From assembly GCA_043754515.1 (NCBI GenBank), contig JAYUUO010000202.1:1-10147 (forward strand): 10,147 nucleotides of DNA, in the 5' to 3' direction. Every line of letters starts with the position of its first letter. Position 1 is the stretch's first letter. The translations under genes and the position numbers were made by a program. The notes beneath the pieces were generated by a model. That model worked only from the letters and a program-made list of their open reading frames with translations, did not search any database and was not told the origin of the DNA. Below are positions 6,906-10,147 of this stretch, one piece after another. This DNA is from Armatimonadota bacterium. Lineage in GTDB: Bacteria; Armatimonadota; Armatimonadia; Armatimonadales; Armatimonadaceae.

Positions 6906-7793
6906 CTAGAAAGTGGGGACTGCCTCGACCGGCAGTGCCCGCGCTAGCGTCGCGATCTCTTCCAGGGTGAGCGTCTCGCCGCGGCGGGTGCCGTCAATTC
7001 CGGTCTCCTCTAATGCCGCTAGCACCGACTCTTTCGGGAACCCGCCCGGCGACGCGCCGATCAGGGCGTTCGCGAGCGTCTTGCGCCGTTGCCCGAACAC
7101 CCCGCGACTGACCCGGAAGAACGCCGCGTCGCTCGGCACCGCGACGGGCGGCACCGGGCGCGGCACCAGATGCACGATGGCGGAGTCTACGCGCGGCGGC
7201 GGGAAGAACGCGCCGCGCGGAACGGTTCCCGCGACTGTTACCACCGCCTGATACTGCGCGAACACGGAAAGCGAGCCGTAGGCGGGCGAATCGGGCGGTG
7301 CCTTCAGCCGTTCCGCCACCTCTTTCTGCACCATGAGCGTGATCGTCGAGAAAAGATGCTTGTGTTCGAGTAGCCGGATCAGAATCGGCGAGGTGATGTT
7401 GTAGGGGATATTGGCGACCACTTTGTACGGCGCGTCGCCCGACCACGCGCCCAGGTGTTCGGCGAGGAAGCTGGGCAGGTCGAACTTGAGTGCATCGCCC
7501 ATAACCACGGTGGCGTTGGGATACGGCGCGAGGACTTCGGCTAGCACCGGGGGCAGGGCGCGATCCAACTCCACCGCGACGACCCGCGCCGCCCGCGTCG
7601 CCAGCTCCACGGTGAGGGTCCCCGCGCCCGGCCCGATCTCGAATATACGGTCCCCTTCGCGGACGTCGGCGGTATTCACCACTTTGAGTAGGTGCGAACG
7701 GTCGGCGAGGAAGTTCTGGCCGAACCGCTTGGACAGGTTCATGCCGTGTCGCGCGAGCAGTGATTTGAGTTCGGAGGGTTTGGTTAAATCCAC
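6906..7793 (-). CDS. rsmA: 16S rRNA m6,2A1518/A1519 dimethyltransferase RsmA/KsgA (295 aa)
   Basis: GQNFL, EIGPGAGTLT, VELD, GDAL, VANIPYNITSP, MVQKEVAERL, FFPPPRVDSA and QRRKTL. Start placed at GTG 7793 (MDLTKPSELK), 6 nt below an extended -10. Confidence 0.97.
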   Translation of the reverse strand: MDLTKPSELKSLLARHGMNLSKRFGQNFLADRSHLLKVVNTADVREGDRIFEIGPGAGTLTVELATRAARVVAVELDRALPPVLAEVLAPYPNATVVMGDALKFDLPSFLAEHLGAWSGDAPYKVVANIPYNITSPILIRLLEHKHLFSTITLMVQKEVAERLKAPPDSPAYGSLSVFAQYQAVVTVAGTVPRGAFFPPPRVDSAIVHLVPRPVPPVAVPSDAAFFRVSRGVFGQRRKTLANALIGASPGGFPKESVLAALEETGIDGTRRGETLTLEEIATLARALPVEAVPTF

Positions 7794-7799
7794 GCGGGT

Positions 7800-7808
7800 A
7801 TTAAACCA
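7800..7808 (-). promoter_or_regulatory. Extended -10 element (TGgTTTAAT) for a probably leaderless rsmA transcript
   Basis: The minus strand reads TGGTTTAAT-acccgc-GTG, with no SD. Confidence 0.5.
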
Positions 7809-7849
7809 CGGGTGGGCACCCGCGACCGGCGGACCGACCACTTAGGCTC

Positions 7850-7869
7850 GGGCGATTGCATCATAGTTT
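7850..7869 (+). repeat. Solo copy of the 20-bp repeat GGGCGATTGCATCATAGTTT
   Basis: Identical to 6733-6752. Confidence 0.85.
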
Positions 7870-7986
7870 GGCCGCGTGTCTAATTGGCGGGCGCGGGACG
7901 GTGAAGCATCCCGGCGGGCGCGGGGCGTGGACGTATATTCGCGGGCGGCGGGGGTGGTTCCGGCAGGTCGCGGAACGTCCACCGGA

Positions 7987-8532
7987 CAGGAGCATTCTGG
8001 CACCGATGACGACGCGAACGGGCAGCTGGAAGCGGACGATTACGGCTCGCCCTTCGACAAAATATTGCCCTACGTCGGCGGGAACGACGCGGACAGAACA
8101 CAGCTATACGTCTCTCCGTCCGACCCCGACTCGCGCGGCGCGGCGATTCTGGATGCCGGTAGGAACTGCGTGGCGAACGGCGCGCCGCCGCCCGGCCCGC
8201 TATCCAGCTACGTGCTGAATGCCTACTACCTGTTCGGCGCGACCGAGGCGCGAATCTCTACCCCTTCGCAGTCCATTTATATCGCGGAGCGGCGTAGCGA
8301 CGGCGACAAGACGACGGACTTCCGCGACGTCCACTACCACCCATGGACGGGCGAGAGCGAGTCGCCTACTAGCACTACGGATCGGGCGAACCCCGCCGCC
8401 ATCGCGAGCAGTCGGCACTCCGGCGGCGGCAACTACGTGTACGCGGACGGACACGCTAAATGGCACCGGTTCGAGGATACCCGGCAGCCGTTCGACGGGC
8501 ACGCGCTGTATGGCGAGCATCAGGCGTTCTGA
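7987..8532 (+). pseudogene. 5'-truncated prepilin-type processing-associated H-X9-DG (DUF1559-like) gene
   Basis: ILPYV, LYVSPSD, SSYVLN, PSQSIYIAER and RH-SGGGNYVYA-DGHAKW (exact H-X9-DG). No FTLIELL-type prepilin N-terminus and no supported start. The left boundary is approximate. Confidence 0.75.
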
Positions 8533-8583
8533 CGCGCCGGGGGTGGCACCCGCGCCGGATGACGCCCGCCCTCGCGCGGGAGG

Positions 8584-9414
8584 CTACTTCGCGGACTTCC
8601 CGCCTACGCACCGGCTCATCACGCAGCAGAGGGCGAGGCCGAGCGCGAACAGGATTTGCGCCGACGGTTCCGGCACCACGACCGGCGCGACGGACGCGAA
8701 CCGGAAGTTCCACCGCGTGCTCGCCGAGGTCGTGTCATCCCCCAGAAACAGGTTGTTCGCGGTCGTGTAGGGATTAATGGGACCGCTGAACGCCGTGTAG
8801 TCGCGCAGGTTACCGGTCAGAAGCGGGAAGCCGCCCGCGGAAAGGGTGTAGGCGTTCCCGAGCACCCGCAGGTCGTAGCGCGTCATCAGGCTGGTGTCGG
8901 TGAGTCCTTCTTCGCCGTGCGTGAAAATCGTCGTCCCGCTCTGGCCGTCGTCGGCTGCGATACCGTCATTCTGCGCGAACACCCGATCCCCCCAGAACCC
9001 GAGTTCGATGCCGCGTTTATCGCTCCCGATGACGATGGTGCTGAACCCGGCGCGGTCGGGCCGAGTATGCGCTTCCTGACCGACTCCCACATCGAAGCGG
9101 ACGATATAGCCGGTGACGCGGTCGAGGGCGGAGGGCGTCAGGCGCGTGTAGCCGCCCTGGAACGCGTTCCCGCCCGTCGTATCCTGCGTTGTGTAGGGTT
9201 GCGCGGGCGGGTTGGGCGCGGTTTGTGTTCCCCCGGTCGCGAAGTAGGTCCAGCCCTGGCTACCGGGAACGGTCCCCAGCACGGCGTCGTAGATCGTCTG
9301 CGCCTGCGCGACGCCCGGCATCAACGCGGTCACGGCACACAAGAAAGCCGCGCCCCGGAAGGGCGCGCGCGAAAACGCGTTCCGCGAAGCGCGGAACGAA
9401 ACTGCTTGAAACAT
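8584..9414 (-). CDS. PEP-CTERM surface protein (probably choice-of-anchor Y-like domain), 276 aa
   Basis: SD AGGAG at 9423-9427; signal peptide ending AQA|Q; C-terminal VPEPS, hydrophobic helix and basic tail. The RAGFS..GIELGFW..LRDYTAF..FLGDDTTSA core was recognised from memory, so the domain name is tentative. Confidence 0.88.
   Translation of the reverse strand: MFQAVSFRASRNAFSRAPFRGAAFLCAVTALMPGVAQAQTIYDAVLGTVPGSQGWTYFATGGTQTAPNPPAQPYTTQDTTGGNAFQGGYTRLTPSALDRVTGYIVRFDVGVGQEAHTRPDRAGFSTIVIGSDKRGIELGFWGDRVFAQNDGIAADDGQSGTTIFTHGEEGLTDTSLMTRYDLRVLGNAYTLSAGGFPLLTGNLRDYTAFSGPINPYTTANNLFLGDDTTSASTRWNFRFASVAPVVVPEPSAQILFALGLALCCVMSRCVGGKSAK
9378..9398. repeat. 21-nt perfect hairpin CGTTCCGCG-aag-CGCGGAACG within the signal-peptide coding region
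   Basis: 9-bp stem. AACG is duplicated at 9374-9377 and 9395-9398. Confidence 0.6.
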
Positions 9415-9642
9415 CGAGATTTCTCCTGACCGGTCGCCGTTTTATAAACGGTGGACGCACATCGTCTTGCCGTCCGTAAGCAGGTACACCGTACGGGGTG
9501 TCAATTCCTCCACAAAGGATTAACAGCCGGCCCAATGGCACGCAAGGAGCCGCTACCATGAACATTTTATGTTATTACCTGTTACGTAGCATGTCCTCTA
9601 AAACTGCCGCCGCTTCCGAGAAGCTTGGAAGCAAGGAGCGTT

Positions 9643-9882
9643 ATGAAGCAATTCCGCAAGTATCTCGTGCTGGGTGTTTGCATGACAGCGCCGATCACTG
9701 TTTATGCGGGCGCAAACAGCGTCTTGGCGGCCGCTCCGGGCTGTTGCGGTACATGCGACAATGCAAACCGCCTAGAGATATGCAATGATTCATGTGACAA
9801 AGTTGATCATGGTACAGGAGCGACTGCCTACGATCTCTGCACTCATTGGTGTTCTGTACAGAGATATCCTGTCGCTGAATAG
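9643..9882 (+). CDS. Small secreted cysteine-rich peptide (79 aa)
   Basis: SD AAGGAG at 9633-9638; basic N-terminus plus hydrophobic signal-like segment (MKQFRKYLVLGVCMTAPITVYAGANSVLAA); mature part contains CCGTC, CNDSC and CTHWC. Confidence 0.7.
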   Translation: MKQFRKYLVLGVCMTAPITVYAGANSVLAAAPGCCGTCDNANRLEICNDSCDKVDHGTGATAYDLCTHWCSVQRYPVAE

Positions 9883-10004
9883 TCAACCGGTACGTTGCAG
9901 TGATAGGTGTTCTGCTAATCCGACCTCTGTCTTTTCTTACGAGAAGCGACTCAAGAACGGTGGTTGATTCATGGTTCGTCTGTGTGTGACCGGATCACCT
10001 CGGG

Positions 10005-10034
10005 TAGGCAAGTGTGCCTAGGCGCACTTGCCTA
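10005..10034. repeat. 30-bp near-perfect palindrome TAGGCAAGTGTGCCTAGGCGCACTTGCCTA with two inverted GCAAGTG(T/C)GC cores
   Basis: One mismatched pair. The left half is itself the hairpin TAGGCA-AGTG-TGCCTA, with the same core as the 4861 and 4935 insertions. Confidence 0.8.
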
Positions 10035-10147
10035 TTTTATACCAACTACTAAGTGCGTGTGCCAAAATACATGACATTTAGGATTTACCCGTCGCCGGTG
10101 TTTTTCAGAGGAAGCCCCATCAAATGACGGTGGCTCTAAATGTCATG

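Noticed and set aside
6693..7869. CRISPR array or tRNA/rRNA
   Set aside because: The repeats are not regularly spaced, and no cloverleaf or rRNA signature was seen anywhere in the window.
8656..9429. 257-aa + strand ORF
   Set aside because: Antisense shadow of the PEP-CTERM gene.
9971..10021. MVRLCVTGSPRVGKCA as a Walker A remnant
   Set aside because: Only 16 codons, GK is followed by C, the GK codons come from the palindrome itself, and there is no NTPase-like continuation.
10124..10147. Possible start of the next gene (MTVALNVM...)
   Set aside because: Only 8 codons are visible and the SD spacing is long, so it cannot be supported.

Overview
GC-rich bacterial chromosomal window. The mix of PEP-CTERM, H-X9-DG prepilin-associated and Rpn/DUF4351-type genes suggests an Armatimonadota-like organism (inference only). 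Four intact housekeeping or regulatory genes are present: polA (-), ung (+, divergent from polA), an RpoD-like alternative sigma factor (+) and rsmA/ksgA (-). They are interleaved with three gene remnants (an SRPBCC-like fragment, a broken Rpn/DUF4351-like gene and a 5'-truncated H-X9-DG gene), followed by a PEP-CTERM surface protein and a lower-GC tail with a small secreted Cys-rich peptide. The most unusual signal is a set of 20-23 nt hairpin insertions, each with a short flanking duplication. Removing three of them exactly restores the N-terminal frame of the Rpn-like pseudogene. Two share a CAAGTGTGC core with compensatory stem changes, and this core recurs about 5 kb away in a 30-bp palindrome. 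Also notable: a natural Tyr at the Pol I F762-equivalent position, a QPSLF clamp-like motif in PolA, a W-to-Q change in the sigma factor W-dyad, and a 20-bp IS-end-like repeat flanking rsmA.
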